From positions 1-44,888 of the IMG/VR virus record IMGVR_UViG_3300035156_000094: a stretch of DNA of 44,888 nucleotides. One strand, written 5' to 3'. Made by a program: the position numbers and the translations under genes. Position 1 is the first letter of the stretch, and each line of letters opens with the position of its first letter. This DNA comes from a virus. This document shows, one piece after another, positions 1 through 9,098 of this stretch. The notes under the pieces were generated by a model, which had not been told where the DNA came from, searched no databases, and worked only from the letters and a program-made list of their open reading frames with translations.

Positions 1-127
1 CGCCGTCGCGGCATTGTAGCGCGCGTCGGTTTCGGCATTGGTCAGCCGCACGCGAGCGTCGCGCTGGTCGTTCAGCGCAGCGGTGGCGCGCTTGACGGCT
101 TCTTCCATCTCGGCCTGTCGACCGACC
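1..127. repeat. Terminal overlap copy A, identical to 44762..44888
   Basis: Base-by-base comparison by eye: cgccgtcgcggcattgtagc...cggcctgtcgaccgacc occurs at both ends. It lies inside the tape measure coding frame. Confidence 0.95.
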
Positions 128-2469
128 TCGCCCGCCTTGCTCGCGGCGTCCGCGCGTTCTTGCGCGGCCTGCACGGCGTCGAGCAGCGCGAGGTCGGCGA
201 TATGGTTCTTGACGAGGTCAGCTGCCTGCTCGGCGGGCACGAGCCCTGCCTTCACCATGGCGTTGACGCGCTCCTGAGCGCCGGCCTGTTCGTTCATGGC
301 GGCGGTCGCCTTCGACCCGTCGGACACGCGCTGCGCGATGGCGAGGCGGATCTCGCGGTCGACCGCGGCCTCGATGTCGGCGCGTTGCTTGATCGCCTTG
401 CTCTCGGCCTTCACGCGCGCCTCGGCGATCAGCGCCGCAGCGCCCGAGATGCCGTAGGCATCCGCCAGCGCGTAGAGGTTACGGATCTGCGCCTCGATCG
501 CCTCGGCCTCACGCGCGAGGGCCTCGGCGTGCTTGTCGGTCTTCGCCGCCTCGGGATCGAGATAGCCCTTCTCGGTCGCCTGATCCTTGATCCGCTTCAT
601 GGCGTTCTTCCGCGCCTGGGCGGTGATCGCGTCGCCGATCTGCCCGACATAGTCGACCTTCGTCGCCTTGGTCATCTCGTCGGTCATCGTCTTGCCGAAC
701 TTGGCGCCAGCGCCCGCGAATTGGTTGTCGACCTTGGCGATCTGCCCCGCCTCGATCGAGGGAAGGTGCAGCCCGGCCTTGTCGAGCACCGTGTTCGCGC
801 CAGCGATAAGGGTGTTGATGCCGTCGACCGCCTTGCGCACCATGGCGTTAATCGCTTCGATGCTGACATTGACCGTGCTGTAGAAGGCGTCGCCCATCAC
901 TGCGGGCAGCTGCCCCCAGGTCTTGCTGATGCCGTTATAGCCGCCGACGAAGGCGCCGATCATGAAGTTAACCGCCGTCTTCGCGCCCGATGCGATCCAG
1001 TCGAGCCATTCCTTCATCTCGGACTTTACGCCCTTCACGGCCGGGCCGATCTTCTCCCAGATCGCGGCGCCCGCGACCTGAAACACCGCCTTGGCGGTGT
1101 CGCCGTAGGTCACGGTCACGTTGTCGAGGTTGCGGATCTCTTTCGCCGACAGCCCGAGCGAGGCTGCATAGGCTTTCATGCTGCCGTCTTCGTTCGCCGA
1201 CTTCTGAAGCATCTTCACCGCGACCGCTGCTGCGGTGGCGGCTGCGGCAAAGGCGAGCAGGTACGGGTTCGAGACGGTCGCGAGCAGGATAGACTTGCTC
1301 ATCTGCCCGAACGCGGCGCCGACGCCACGGATGCCGATGCCGGCTTGGCTCATGATGCCCTGGATCTGGGTGCCCTGTTGAAACAGCGCCATCATCGCCA
1401 TCTTGAATGGCGCGGAGCTGCCCGCCGCCGCCGCCATCTGGATACCGAGATCCTGAAACTGGAACGCGAGGTTCTGCATATGGTGACCGGCGAGCTTGCC
1501 CGTTTCGCCTGCCTGCCCGATCCCCCGGCCAACCGTGCCGGTCTGCTGCCCGACATCGCGCAGCCGGCCGGTGAGAACCTCTTGCTGGCGAGCATATTCG
1601 GCCGGCGCGGTGGCGCCCGAATGATAGAGCCGGGTGCTTTCCTCGATCTCGGCGTTCAGCCGCTTGGTCGCGACGTAGAGCGGATCGGTCGCGGCGCGCA
1701 TGCGCTCGGCCGCAGCGGCGTCCGCCTCCATCGCCGCCTGCGATCCACGCACCTTATCGACGAGCTGCGCGTGTTCACGCGCGAGCTGGGCAGCGCTGGC
1801 GGCAGCCATCGAGGTCGCGCGCGCTTCCTCTTCGGCCGCGCGAGCCGCCAGCGCGCTGAAGGTGGCGCCGTTGTCTTTCGCAGGACCGCGGCTGGTGCCC
1901 ATGGTGCGATCGAGCGCCATCTCTAGGCGCGCGCGCTCCATCAGCTTCGCATTGACCGCGGCCTCGGCGACGACGCGCTCCTGGGCGGCGCGGGTCAGCT
2001 CGTCGGCGACCGCCTTGTCACGGGCCTGCGCCGCCGCCTCTGCGGCTTGATCGCGCTTGCGCGACGACGACAGCAGGCGGTCGGCGAGGTCGGTGTTGCC
2101 CGCCTGCGCTGCCGCCAGTGCCGCCGCCTCGACCTTCGCCGCGCGCATCTCTTCTTTCGTGCGGCCGATCGCCGCGGCTTCCTTGTCGAGCTGGCGGACA
2201 AGCGCCTCGCCCGATCGCTCGATCAGGTTACGGTCGCGCGCCATCGAGATCGCCGAGCGCGCGCTTTCGTCCGCCAGCTTCACCAGCTGCGCGGTCGGAG
2301 CGTCGAGCCCGCCGACGTTCTTCATGGCGGCGTCGATCTGATCGAGATCGCGGATCGCCTGGGCGGATACCTTGTCGACGACTCCGCCGAAACGGTTCAC
2401 GTCGGCGACGGCGCCGCCGGTAGCCATGGCCAGCTCGATTTCGAGGCTGGCGACGCGTTGTCCTGGCAT
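1..2469 (-). CDS. Tail tape measure protein, 5' part (codons 1-823); continues across the circular junction into 42104..44761
   Basis: It is absent from the ORF track because no stop lies inside the window. I translated every 60-nt block from 2469 to 1 on the minus strand and found no stop. ATG at 2469 is preceded by gagggggacgg (SD-like), 12 nt after the upstream stop at 2482. It contains the TMP-typical motif HHMQNLAFQFQDLGIQ (about 1441-1500). Frame 0 mod 3 matches the M at 108 = 44869. Confidence 0.9.
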   Translation of the reverse strand, partial: MPGQRVASLEIELAMATGGAVADVNRFGGVVDKVSAQAIRDLDQIDAAMKNVGGLDAPTAQLVKLADESARSAISMARDRNLIERSGEALVRQLDKEAAAIGRTKEEMRAAKVEAAALAAAQAGNTDLADRLLSSSRKRDQAAEAAAQARDKAVADELTRAAQERVVAEAAVNAKLMERARLEMALDRTMGTSRGPAKDNGATFSALAARAAEEEARATSMAAASAAQLAREHAQLVDKVRGSQAAMEADAAAAERMRAATDPLYVATKRLNAEIEESTRLYHSGATAPAEYARQQEVLTGRLRDVGQQTGTVGRGIGQAGETGKLAGHHMQNLAFQFQDLGIQMAAAAGSSAPFKMAMMALFQQGTQIQGIMSQAGIGIRGVGAAFGQMSKSILLATVSNPYLLAFAAAATAAAVAVKMLQKSANEDGSMKAYAASLGLSAKEIRNLDNVTVTYGDTAKAVFQVAGAAIWEKIGPAVKGVKSEMKEWLDWIASGAKTAVNFMIGAFVGGYNGISKTWGQLPAVMGDAFYSTVNVSIEAINAMVRKAVDGINTLIAGANTVLDKAGLHLPSIEAGQIAKVDNQFAGAGAKFGKTMTDEMTKATKVDYVGQIGDAITAQARKNAMKRIKDQATEKGYLDPEAAKTDKHAEALAREAEAIEAQIRNLYALADAYGISGAAALIAEARVKAESKAIKQRADIEAAVDREIRLAIAQRVSDGSKATAAMNEQAGAQERVNAMVKAGLVPAEQAADLVKNHIADLALLDAVQAAQERADAASKAGEVGRQAEMEEAVKRATAALNDQRDARVRLTNAETDARYNAATA

Positions 2470-2481
2470 AGCCGTCCCCCT

Positions 2482-2817
2482 CTATTGTCCGGTCAGGACT
2501 GCGCGCAGCTGGGCATCAGCATCCACGCGACCGGCTTGCGACAGCGCGTCGGACCATGGCGGCGGACGCATTGGGTCCTCGGCGGCATGCAGCTCGGCGA
2601 GATATTCGGCCGACAGCCGGCGGAGAGTGCGACACTCCCAAGCCGACGGCCGGACGAAGGCTCGAGCCGCCCAGGCGTCGAGGGTGCGCCAGCTGATCGG
2701 GATCTGCCCCATGCCGGTGTTCTCGACCGGCCCCACGTCCATCAGCATGTCGATGACGTGAGGCGCGGTCAGATCCGGGAGGGGCGCGTCCTGCTCAGCG
2801 GCCACGAACGACGCCAT
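2482..2817 (-). CDS. gpT-like extension of the tail assembly chaperone (probable -1 frameshift product with 2904..3341), or an independent 111-aa protein
   Basis: It lies between the chaperone and the tape measure gene. Its frame is -1 relative to the upstream ORF and is open from 2940, overlapping the end of that ORF. Confidence 0.6.
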   Translation of the reverse strand: MASFVAAEQDAPLPDLTAPHVIDMLMDVGPVENTGMGQIPISWRTLDAWAARAFVRPSAWECRTLRRLSAEYLAELHAAEDPMRPPPWSDALSQAGRVDADAQLRAVLTGQ

Positions 2818-2903
2818 CCGGGTTTCGAGCTTGACCTCTTTGCCCGCGTGATCCGTCGTTTTCGGGACGGCGAGCAGGTACGCGAGCTGTTTGGCGTATA
2901 GGC

Positions 2904-3341
2904 TCAGCTCGTCGCGGAGCCCTTCGTAAAACTCGACCAGTCAGCCAAGAAGGCGTTGGCCTGCTCGACGACCCAGCCGAACTTGCGGTCGGCGTAGAGC
3001 GCCTTGAACAGATCGTCGCCGGTGGCTTCGCCGGCCGGCGGATATGCGAGCCCGTCGAACGACACGGTAACATCAGTGAGGAAGTCGACGTTGTCGGCGC
3101 GCAGGAGATCGGCGTTCAGGTCGATCTTGCGCTTGTTGCGGCTAAGCGAGCGATTGGTGCGGCGCGCATTGGCCTTCTCGAAGGCGGCGCTGCCGGGCGA
3201 GTGGAAGGTGATGCCGACAGGCGTCTTCGCCTCGCCCTTGCCCTTCATGATCGGCTCTTCGTCGACCGGGCTCTTGAGGTGCATGAACGAGGTTTCGGCG
3301 CTCTCGAATACGGTGATGTCGAAGTCTTCGGTGTTGCTCAT
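2904..3341 (-). CDS. Tail assembly chaperone (gpG-like)
   Basis: 145 aa starting MSNTEDFDITVFES at ATG 3341, after gaaggacag. It is acidic and sits directly between the tail tube and tape measure genes. The upstream part of the 169-aa ORF lacks an RBS. Confidence 0.65.
   Translation of the reverse strand: MSNTEDFDITVFESAETSFMHLKSPVDEEPIMKGKGEAKTPVGITFHSPGSAAFEKANARRTNRSLSRNKRKIDLNADLLRADNVDFLTDVTVSFDGLAYPPAGEATGDDLFKALYADRKFGWVVEQANAFLADWSSFTKGSATS
2928..2931 (-). other. Candidate -1 slippery site (U UUU) for the G/GT-type chaperone frameshift
   Basis: The minus strand reads TCG AGT TTT ACG. tRNA-Phe on UUU (2930-2928) can re-pair on UUU (2931-2929). The -1 frame then reads TAC GAA GGG and stays open to 2482. 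Confidence 0.4.
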
Positions 3342-3452
3342 GTTCTGTCCTTCGCGGGAGGATGGTGCGCCGACCCGCCCGGAGCCCGCGACAAGCGGGA
3401 CGGGCCGACGCATAGAGTTGCCGGCGTCGCGGGCGCCGATCAGGAGGGCCGA

Positions 3453-3902
3453 TTAGGGCTGGATGTCCTCGACAACGGTCGTGGTGATCTCGACCGTCGC
3501 GGTCGCCATCAGCACGTTGGTCGCGCTGCCGACCGTCACCGGGGCACCGAACACGCGACCGCCGAAGTAGAACTTGTCGCCGTTCGGGAAGGTCACGATG
3601 AACGCATAAAGCGCGTTGTTCGTCGGCGCCGCGGCGGTCTTGAGCAGCGTCTGCCCGGCGTCCGCCTTGTCGATCGAATAGGGCAGCGCCAGCGAGCCAT
3701 AATTGACCGGCCCCTTGTGCTTGTCCTGGACGCCGTTGAGCGGCTGGAACGTGTTGACGCCCACCTGGGCGCCGAACGCGGGGATGCTCTCGATGCCACC
3801 GATGGTGGTGTAGCTCAGCGCGGCATAGCCGGCCTTGTCGCGGGTTGCGGGAACGCCGGCAGAAATGCCGATCGTGGTGCCCGCCGAAGTCGAGGAAACC
3901 AT
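3453..3902 (-). CDS. Major tail (tube) protein
   Basis: 149 aa with a strong SD (aggagaaag) before ATG 3902. It has TP901-1/GTA-like tail tube features (GISAG...YTTIGGIESIP...FGAP) and sits upstream of the chaperones. Confidence 0.75.
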   Translation of the reverse strand: MVSSTSAGTTIGISAGVPATRDKAGYAALSYTTIGGIESIPAFGAQVGVNTFQPLNGVQDKHKGPVNYGSLALPYSIDKADAGQTLLKTAAAPTNNALYAFIVTFPNGDKFYFGGRVFGAPVTVGSATNVLMATATVEITTTVVEDIQP

Positions 3903-3964
3903 GCTCTTTCTCCTGGGTGTTGACCCGCATCAGCGGGGGTTTTCTGCCCGGCGGGCGGAAGCTG

Positions 3965-4252
3965 TTATTCGGTGACAGGCGGCTCGGAAGCGGCGGCGGG
4001 CACGACCGGCTTGCTGCCGGTCTGCTCGGCCGGCGCGGCGCCCTTGCGCTTGCGCGGCGCGTTCTTCCGCTTGGTCGGGACCGGCTTCTCGCCCTTTGCC
4101 TTGGCGATCTCGGCGTCGGTCGCGGCGCGAACCATGTCGGCGCCTTCCCAATCGTCGAACTGGCCAGAGGCCATGCCGAGGATCACGTCGCCCTTGGCGA
4201 AGCTGTCGTCTGCATGCGTGATAGCGCGGAGCGCCGTAGCGTCACGTTTCAT
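3965..4252 (-). CDS. Hypothetical protein with a Lys/Arg/Pro-rich C-terminal tail
   Basis: 95-aa ORF with an SD-like ggag upstream, in the tail gene block. No motif recognised. Confidence 0.5.
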   Translation of the reverse strand: MKRDATALRAITHADDSFAKGDVILGMASGQFDDWEGADMVRAATDAEIAKAKGEKPVPTKRKNAPRKRKGAAPAEQTGSKPVVPAAASEPPVTE

Positions 4253-4277
4253 GGGTCAATCTCCGTCGGGTGGTAGG

Positions 4278-4682
4278 TCAGGCGGGCTCGTTGAAGCTGA
4301 CGAGGAAGTCATGGCTGCCCATGAAGATCGACGCCGCGTCATCGTTGAAGTCGGGACCGCCGCCGCCCGACAGCACGGCGACATTGGCGAAGCCGGCGAT
4401 CGTGCCGATCTTGTCGGACCCGGCGCGCTCGATCAGGCCGAGCAGCAGCTCGCGCTGCTCGCCGTCGCGCGCGCGCACCGTCGCCTGAACGCGCTCGGTG
4501 ACCAGCCACACGGCCTGCGCGGCGAGGAACTGCTTCTTCGCGCGGCTGATGCGGGTCAGCAGGATCGAGGGCACCGTCGCGGCGCTTGGTAGCTTCCACG
4601 CCTTAATGAGCGCGAGGGGCACGATCTCGACGATCGGCGTCGATGCCCGGACAAGCTCGCCCATGATCCGCACGCCGCTCAT
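4278..4682 (-). CDS. Tail completion / terminator-like protein (DUF3168-like by position)
   Basis: 134 aa with an ATGA overlap onto the upstream gene at 4679-4682. It sits between the HK97 gp10-like gene and the tail tube gene. Confidence 0.55.
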   Translation of the reverse strand: MSGVRIMGELVRASTPIVEIVPLALIKAWKLPSAATVPSILLTRISRAKKQFLAAQAVWLVTERVQATVRARDGEQRELLLGLIERAGSDKIGTIAGFANVAVLSGGGGPDFNDDAASIFMGSHDFLVSFNEPA

Positions 4683-5227
4683 TCGGTGTCACCTTCAGGC
4701 TCTGGCGTCTGGATGCCCGTCGCGGTGGTCTTCTTCGCGATATGCGCGCCGATCGCGCCGATCGCTGCGTCGGTGCGGGTGTCCACAGAGGGGCGCATGA
4801 ACGGATAGGGCTTGGCGCCGGGGTGGAACACGGTGCCACCGACGAACTTGCCGTTGATCTTCAGCGACGGGCCGGGGCCATCCCGCCCCTCTTTCCGCGC
4901 CTTGCGGTCGAGGTCGTTGATCCGGGTGACCGTTCGCCCCTCGCTTTGGCTGTCGTCGACCGTGATGAAGTGGGCGTCGGTGCCGTTTTCGAGCCATGGC
5001 GCCTTATGGGCGCCCGGCCCTTTGGTCTGCACCTTGGCGGTGACGATCCCAGGCGCGGAGCGGCTGGTCGTTCCGATCGTGGCCACCACCTCGGGATCGC
5101 GGCAAAGCTCGCGCGCGCCCTCGGCATATACCTCGGCGCCCGCTTTCAGCGCGGGGCGCAGGACGTTGCGCTCTAGGTTTTCCGGCAGGCTGGCGAAGAA
5201 CGCGGCCAACGCGTCCGCGCCTTTCAT
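4679..5227 (-). CDS. HK97 gp10-family head-tail joining protein
   Basis: The internal start MKGADALAAFFASLPENLERNVLRPALKAGAEV is typical of the gp10 family. The longer 264-aa ORF overlaps the previous gene out of frame. Confidence 0.7.
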   Translation of the reverse strand: MKGADALAAFFASLPENLERNVLRPALKAGAEVYAEGARELCRDPEVVATIGTTSRSAPGIVTAKVQTKGPGAHKAPWLENGTDAHFITVDDSQSEGRTVTRINDLDRKARKEGRDGPGPSLKINGKFVGGTVFHPGAKPYPFMRPSVDTRTDAAIGAIGAHIAKKTTATGIQTPEPEGDTE

Positions 5228-5235
5228 CGTCGCAC

Positions 5236-5619
5236 TCACGCCGCACCGCCGCGGGACGAATAATCCTCGACCATGAACTCTATCGCCTCGCGGAAGCCCA
5301 GCTCGGCGGGAACGGTGGTGATCTGCATCACGCGGTCGCCCATGACGAGCCGCATGGCGCTGGTGATGTCGGTGCGGAAACGCATGCGGACGCGCGCGGG
5401 GCGCGTTGCCATGTTCAGGCCGTCCGCCAGTCGCTCGCCGCGGCTGGGGAGCATGTCCTGCACGTTCGCCCATGCCTCGGCGACGGGCGCCCAGCTGTCA
5501 GCCTCCGATCCGGTCAGCGACTCGTCGGCGATCGGACGCTCGATCACGACGCGGCGGTTCAGCTTGCTCGCGAGGCCTTGCGTCGGCTTCACAAGCCGCC
5601 CCGCTTGGCAAAACGGCAT
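5236..5619 (-). CDS. Head-tail adaptor / head closure protein
   Basis: LNRRVVIERP...WANVQDMLPSRGERL...RVRMRFRTDIT fits the phage head-tail joining family. The likely true start is GTG 5592, giving a GTGA overlap with the connector stop. Confidence 0.7.
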   Translation of the reverse strand: MPFCQAGRLVKPTQGLASKLNRRVVIERPIADESLTGSEADSWAPVAEAWANVQDMLPSRGERLADGLNMATRPARVRMRFRTDITSAMRLVMGDRVMQITTVPAELGFREAIEFMVEDYSSRGGAA

Positions 5620-6116
5620 AGCTTCCTAGCCGCAGCCTCCGCCGCCTGGAACAGGGCGCCGCCTTCGCGGTCTTCGTCATAGGCGGTGATCAGGATCAGC
5701 ATGGCGCGGCGGAAGTTGCGCGGCACCTGATCGAGGTTCTGATAGCCGGCGCGCACGGTGACGGTGAACTGGCGTCCGACCGCCCAATATGGCCAGCCCG
5801 GCGCGCTCGGCAGCAGCTCCGCCGGGCGGCGGAAGTAGCTTAGACGGGCAGGGATCGGGATCTCGACGCCATCCGTGCCGGTCATCGTGACCGTCAGCGT
5901 GCTGTCATCGAAGATCGGCCATGCGAGAAGCCGCACCGGCCCGCGGCCGGTATGCTGCTCGACGATCTCGCCGTCGGAAAGAATATGCCCCGTGTAGCTC
6001 TGCACCCAGGCGGCAGCGTCCGCGATGAAGTCGCGAAGGTCTTCGTCGCGGCTGGTGTCGCTCGCTTCAAGGCGGAGCTGACGACGTGCTGCCTCGATGG
6101 TGACGATGTCGACCAT
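5589..6116 (-). CDS. gp6-like head-tail connector protein
   Basis: MVDIVTIEAARRQLRLEASDTSRDEDLRDFIADAAAWVQSYTG is the classic gp6-like N-terminus. SD gaggtg precedes ATG 6116. Confidence 0.8.
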   Translation of the reverse strand: MVDIVTIEAARRQLRLEASDTSRDEDLRDFIADAAAWVQSYTGHILSDGEIVEQHTGRGPVRLLAWPIFDDSTLTVTMTGTDGVEIPIPARLSYFRRPAELLPSAPGWPYWAVGRQFTVTVRAGYQNLDQVPRNFRRAMLILITAYDEDREGGALFQAAEAAARKLCRFAKRGGL

Positions 6117-6177
6117 GCTTCACCTCGCGGCAGGGGGTAACGGGGCCGGTAAGGGGGCAACCGGCCCCGACCGAGGC

Positions 6178-6630
6178 TCAGTCTTCCGACTGCGCCGCGA
6201 GCTGCTGTTCGACCACGTCCGAACCCTTGGCGTAGGGGTCGTTCATGTCGATGCGGTTCATGTTGACGGTGGTGCCGGCGCGCGGATCGTTATCGATCGC
6301 CGGATGGCTGGGGTCGACATCGGGAACAACCTGCACGGGCGCACCGCTGGTGCTGAACGCGGTTGCGGGCTCGATGCCGGCCGGGCCGGACGTGTCGAGC
6401 GCCGCCGCGATAGCGATGGTGCCGATCGAGGCGGTGTCCTGCACCCGTCCGCCGGTGCGCTTCTCGTCCGCTGCGGTCAGCGCGGTATCGAGCGCCGACA
6501 GCACGCTCTTGCGAGCCTGTCCGGCCTGCTCCGCGGTCTTCAGCTTCTGCAGATCATCGTGGCTCTTGCCGGCGATGCCGGCCTTCACGTCATCGGTGCT
6601 GCCTTCGAGCAGCTTATTCAGGTCGTCCAT
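6178..6630 (-). CDS. Hypothetical protein downstream of the capsid gene (possible HeH/Rho_N-like N-terminus)
   Basis: ATG 6630 is preceded by aaggag. 150 aa starting MDDLNKLLEGSTDDV. The annotated 331-aa ORF extends out of frame into the capsid gene. Confidence 0.6.
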   Translation of the reverse strand: MDDLNKLLEGSTDDVKAGIAGKSHDDLQKLKTAEQAGQARKSVLSALDTALTAADEKRTGGRVQDTASIGTIAIAAALDTSGPAGIEPATAFSTSGAPVQVVPDVDPSHPAIDNDPRAGTTVNMNRIDMNDPYAKGSDVVEQQLAAQSED

Positions 6631-6722
6631 TGTGCTTCTCCTTGGCTCATCGAAACGCCGACGACGTGCCGGCGCTTGGAAGAGCCGGGCCGGCGTGAGC
6701 CGGCCCAGCAGGTGGGGGAGGA

Positions 6723-8096
6723 TTAGACGGCTGCGGCGACCTTGATCACCTTCAGGGCGTCGGGGTTCTTGATCCCGCCGCCGACACGCTTCGTGCAGTA
6801 GAAGCTGATGTACGGCTTGTTGGTGTAGGGATCGCGCAGGATGCGGAAGCCGATCCGATCGATGATCAGATAAGCCTCGCGCATGTCGCCGAACGCCATC
6901 GCGAAGGCGTTCGCGGCAACGGTCGGCATGTCGGGCATGTCGACGACCGGGTAGCCGGCGAGCGTCGAGGGCTGCCCCGCGACGAAAGTCGGCTGCCAGA
7001 TGTAATTGCCCTGGCCGTCCTTCAGCTTGCGCACCGAGCCGAGCGAGGTGCGGTTCGTGTAGAACTTGGCGTTGGGCGTGTAGACCGCCGGCAGCTTGTA
7101 GACCGAGTCGATCACCCCATCGGTGGTGAACTTGTCGGCTGCGCCGCTGTTCACGACCTCGATTGCGCCCCAAGGGTGACGCGTCGCGGCTGCACCGCCG
7201 GTGGCATAGCCGAGGAAGCCGAACGGCTTGTTCACGCCGTCACCCGCAACGAAGGCGATGCCCTCCTGGCGGCTGAACTCGGTCTCGATCTCGCCGGTCA
7301 GCCAGTTTTCGAGGTCGATCTCGGCGTCGTCGAGCACGTCTTGCGACGCCGCAGCGTTGGCGTAGATCTGCCCCAGGCCGAACGGCAGCGCCTGGAATTG
7401 CGGGGTCGCAGTCGCAGGGCGCGAGGCCGTCTCGCCGACCCAGCCGCTACCGACAGCGCGATCGGTGAACAGCTTGGTAAAGCCCGCCTTGCTGATCGAG
7501 ATCACCGTCGCCTCCTGGCGCATCGGCGTGATCAGCTTCAGGCGACCCGAGATCGTGCGATCCCACTCGGTCGGGGTCAGCAGGCCACCGTCGGCGGGCA
7601 CGCCCTCCGACATCGCGGCGCGCGGGCCGACCTTCTGCGCGGCGAGCAGCTTGCGCTGATCGTCTGCGCTCTCGGTGCGCATGAACGACGCAAAGGCGTT
7701 CGTGTATTCCGGGTCCGCCGGGGCGGGCTTGTTGCCGTTCATGGCTGCGCCGGCAGCCTTCAGAGCCGCGTCGTTCAGCGCCAGCTCAAGCGTGTTCATC
7801 GTGGCGTTGATGGCTTCGAGCTTGCTGTTCACCTCGGCGCTGTCGGCCTTGGCGCCGACATTGGCCTCGACGGTGGCCTTGAACTCGTTGTGCGCGTTCT
7901 GAAGCGCAGCGATCATCGCCTTCGGATCGCCCGTCACGTCGGCGCGAATGAGCCCGCCCGCAATCGCACGCGGCATGGCCGGCACGACGGGAGGCTTGAA
8001 GGTCAGCGACGGGGCGGGAGGAGCGAGCAGCGCTCGGAACGGGTGCGCGAGCACGGTCGCCATGCTCGCAAGCATGGCGCGGTTCATCATCTTCAT
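6723..8096 (-). CDS. Major capsid protein, HK97 family
   Basis: 457 aa with a delta-domain-like coiled N-terminus and a conserved HK97-type core (LTPTEWDRTISGRL..., GFLGYATGG..., NRTSLGSVRKLKDGQGNYIW). It follows the protease. The start codon is uncertain. Confidence 0.9.
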   Translation of the reverse strand: MKMMNRAMLASMATVLAHPFRALLAPPAPSLTFKPPVVPAMPRAIAGGLIRADVTGDPKAMIAALQNAHNEFKATVEANVGAKADSAEVNSKLEAINATMNTLELALNDAALKAAGAAMNGNKPAPADPEYTNAFASFMRTESADDQRKLLAAQKVGPRAAMSEGVPADGGLLTPTEWDRTISGRLKLITPMRQEATVISISKAGFTKLFTDRAVGSGWVGETASRPATATPQFQALPFGLGQIYANAAASQDVLDDAEIDLENWLTGEIETEFSRQEGIAFVAGDGVNKPFGFLGYATGGAAATRHPWGAIEVVNSGAADKFTTDGVIDSVYKLPAVYTPNAKFYTNRTSLGSVRKLKDGQGNYIWQPTFVAGQPSTLAGYPVVDMPDMPTVAANAFAMAFGDMREAYLIIDRIGFRILRDPYTNKPYISFYCTKRVGGGIKNPDALKVIKVAAAV

Positions 8097-8108
8097 TGTG
8101 GTGCCTTT

Positions 8109-9098
8109 CTACTTGCGGAAGTCGTCGAGCAGCGCCTGCATGGCGCTCATCAGCTCGGGGTCGTTGCCACCAGCGTCCGGCTTGGAGGCGTCATCTTGGG
8201 CAGCGTCCGGCTTGCCCTTGATCTTGGAAATATGTTCGCGCGCCTGGGCGCGGGTGTCGCCACCGGCGAGCAGCTTCAGCTCAAGCGCCGTCACTGCACC
8301 GCGTTCGCGATCGGAGGCCTTAGTGCTGCTGTCGCGGGTGGTCTGATCAGCGGGCAGCAGAGCGTCGGCGAAGCCGCGCTCAATCGCGTCCGCGCCGGAC
8401 ATGTACGTCTCAGCCTTCATCCAGGCGAGGCACTCGGCCGCGGTCTTGCCGCTGCGCTGGGCGTAGACCTCTGACATGGCGCGATCGAACGGCGCGAGGA
8501 AGTCGGCGACCTCCCGCATGTCATCCTCGTTGCCCTGGGCGGTGACCCAGCACTTGTGGATCATGAGAAACGAAGCGGCGCCAATTTCGAGCGTGTCGCC
8601 GGCCATGGCGATGATCGAGGCGGCGGAGGCTGCCATGCCCATCACCTTCACGGTGACCGGCTGGGGATGCTCGCGCAGCACGTTATAGATCGCGAGCCCC
8701 TCGAACATGTCGCCGCCGGGGCTGTTGATCTGGACTTCGACGGGACGCGAGCCGATCGCGCGCAGCTGCGCGGCGACCTTCTTCGCGGTGACGCCGCCGC
8801 CGGTCCACCAGTCCTCGCCGATCACGTCGAACATGGTCACGACATTGTCGCCGGGTTCGAGCGCGCGGATGCCTGCTGCATCGTCCGACCACTTGTCGAG
8901 CACGGACGGCTTCACCAGCGCCGAGACGGAGCGATCGGCCGGCACGGGCAGCGCGGCCGGGCGCTCGCGCGACTGCACCTTCCCGACGACGCCCTTGGGC
9001 GCGGCGGGCGAGGTACGGGGCGGCGTAGCGCCGGGGGCGGGACGCCCACCGATCGACTGCACGGCAGCGGGCTTTCCGCCAGAGGGCTGATCACTCAT
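8109..9098 (-). CDS. Prohead protease, ClpP/S14-like, with a C-terminal scaffold-like extension
   Basis: INSPGGDMFEGLAIYNVL...MGMAASAASIIAMAGD is a ClpP-type fold motif. ATG 9098 follows aaggaa. It overlaps the portal stop by 8 nt. Confidence 0.85.
   Translation of the reverse strand: MSDQPSGGKPAAVQSIGGRPAPGATPPRTSPAAPKGVVGKVQSRERPAALPVPADRSVSALVKPSVLDKWSDDAAGIRALEPGDNVVTMFDVIGEDWWTGGGVTAKKVAAQLRAIGSRPVEVQINSPGGDMFEGLAIYNVLREHPQPVTVKVMGMAASAASIIAMAGDTLEIGAASFLMIHKCWVTAQGNEDDMREVADFLAPFDRAMSEVYAQRSGKTAAECLAWMKAETYMSGADAIERGFADALLPADQTTRDSSTKASDRERGAVTALELKLLAGGDTRAQAREHISKIKGKPDAAQDDASKPDAGGNDPELMSAMQALLDDFRK

Noticed and set aside
1-127. Terminal repeat as a genuine phage direct terminal repeat (physical redundancy)
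   Set aside because: The length is exactly the kind produced by a k-mer overlap. It lies in the middle of the tape measure ORF, and the gene set (HNH + P27 TerS + Terminase_1) points to cos packaging with ends near 12.7 kb. I treat it as an assembly signature of circularity.
160-1926. 588-aa plus-strand ORF, with overlapping plus-strand ORFs at 38-277, 990-1292, 1700-2050 and 2047-2901
   Set aside because: The composition is Arg/Gly/His/Leu-rich low complexity with no motifs. It is antisense to a minus-strand frame that is open for 823 codons and carries a tape measure motif. This is a typical high-GC shadow ORF.
6178-7173. 331-aa ORF overlapping the 3' half of the capsid gene
   Set aside because: The upstream 180 codons are out of frame within the HK97 capsid gene and are Arg-rich. 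A good SD (aaggag) precedes the internal ATG at 6630, which I take as the true start.
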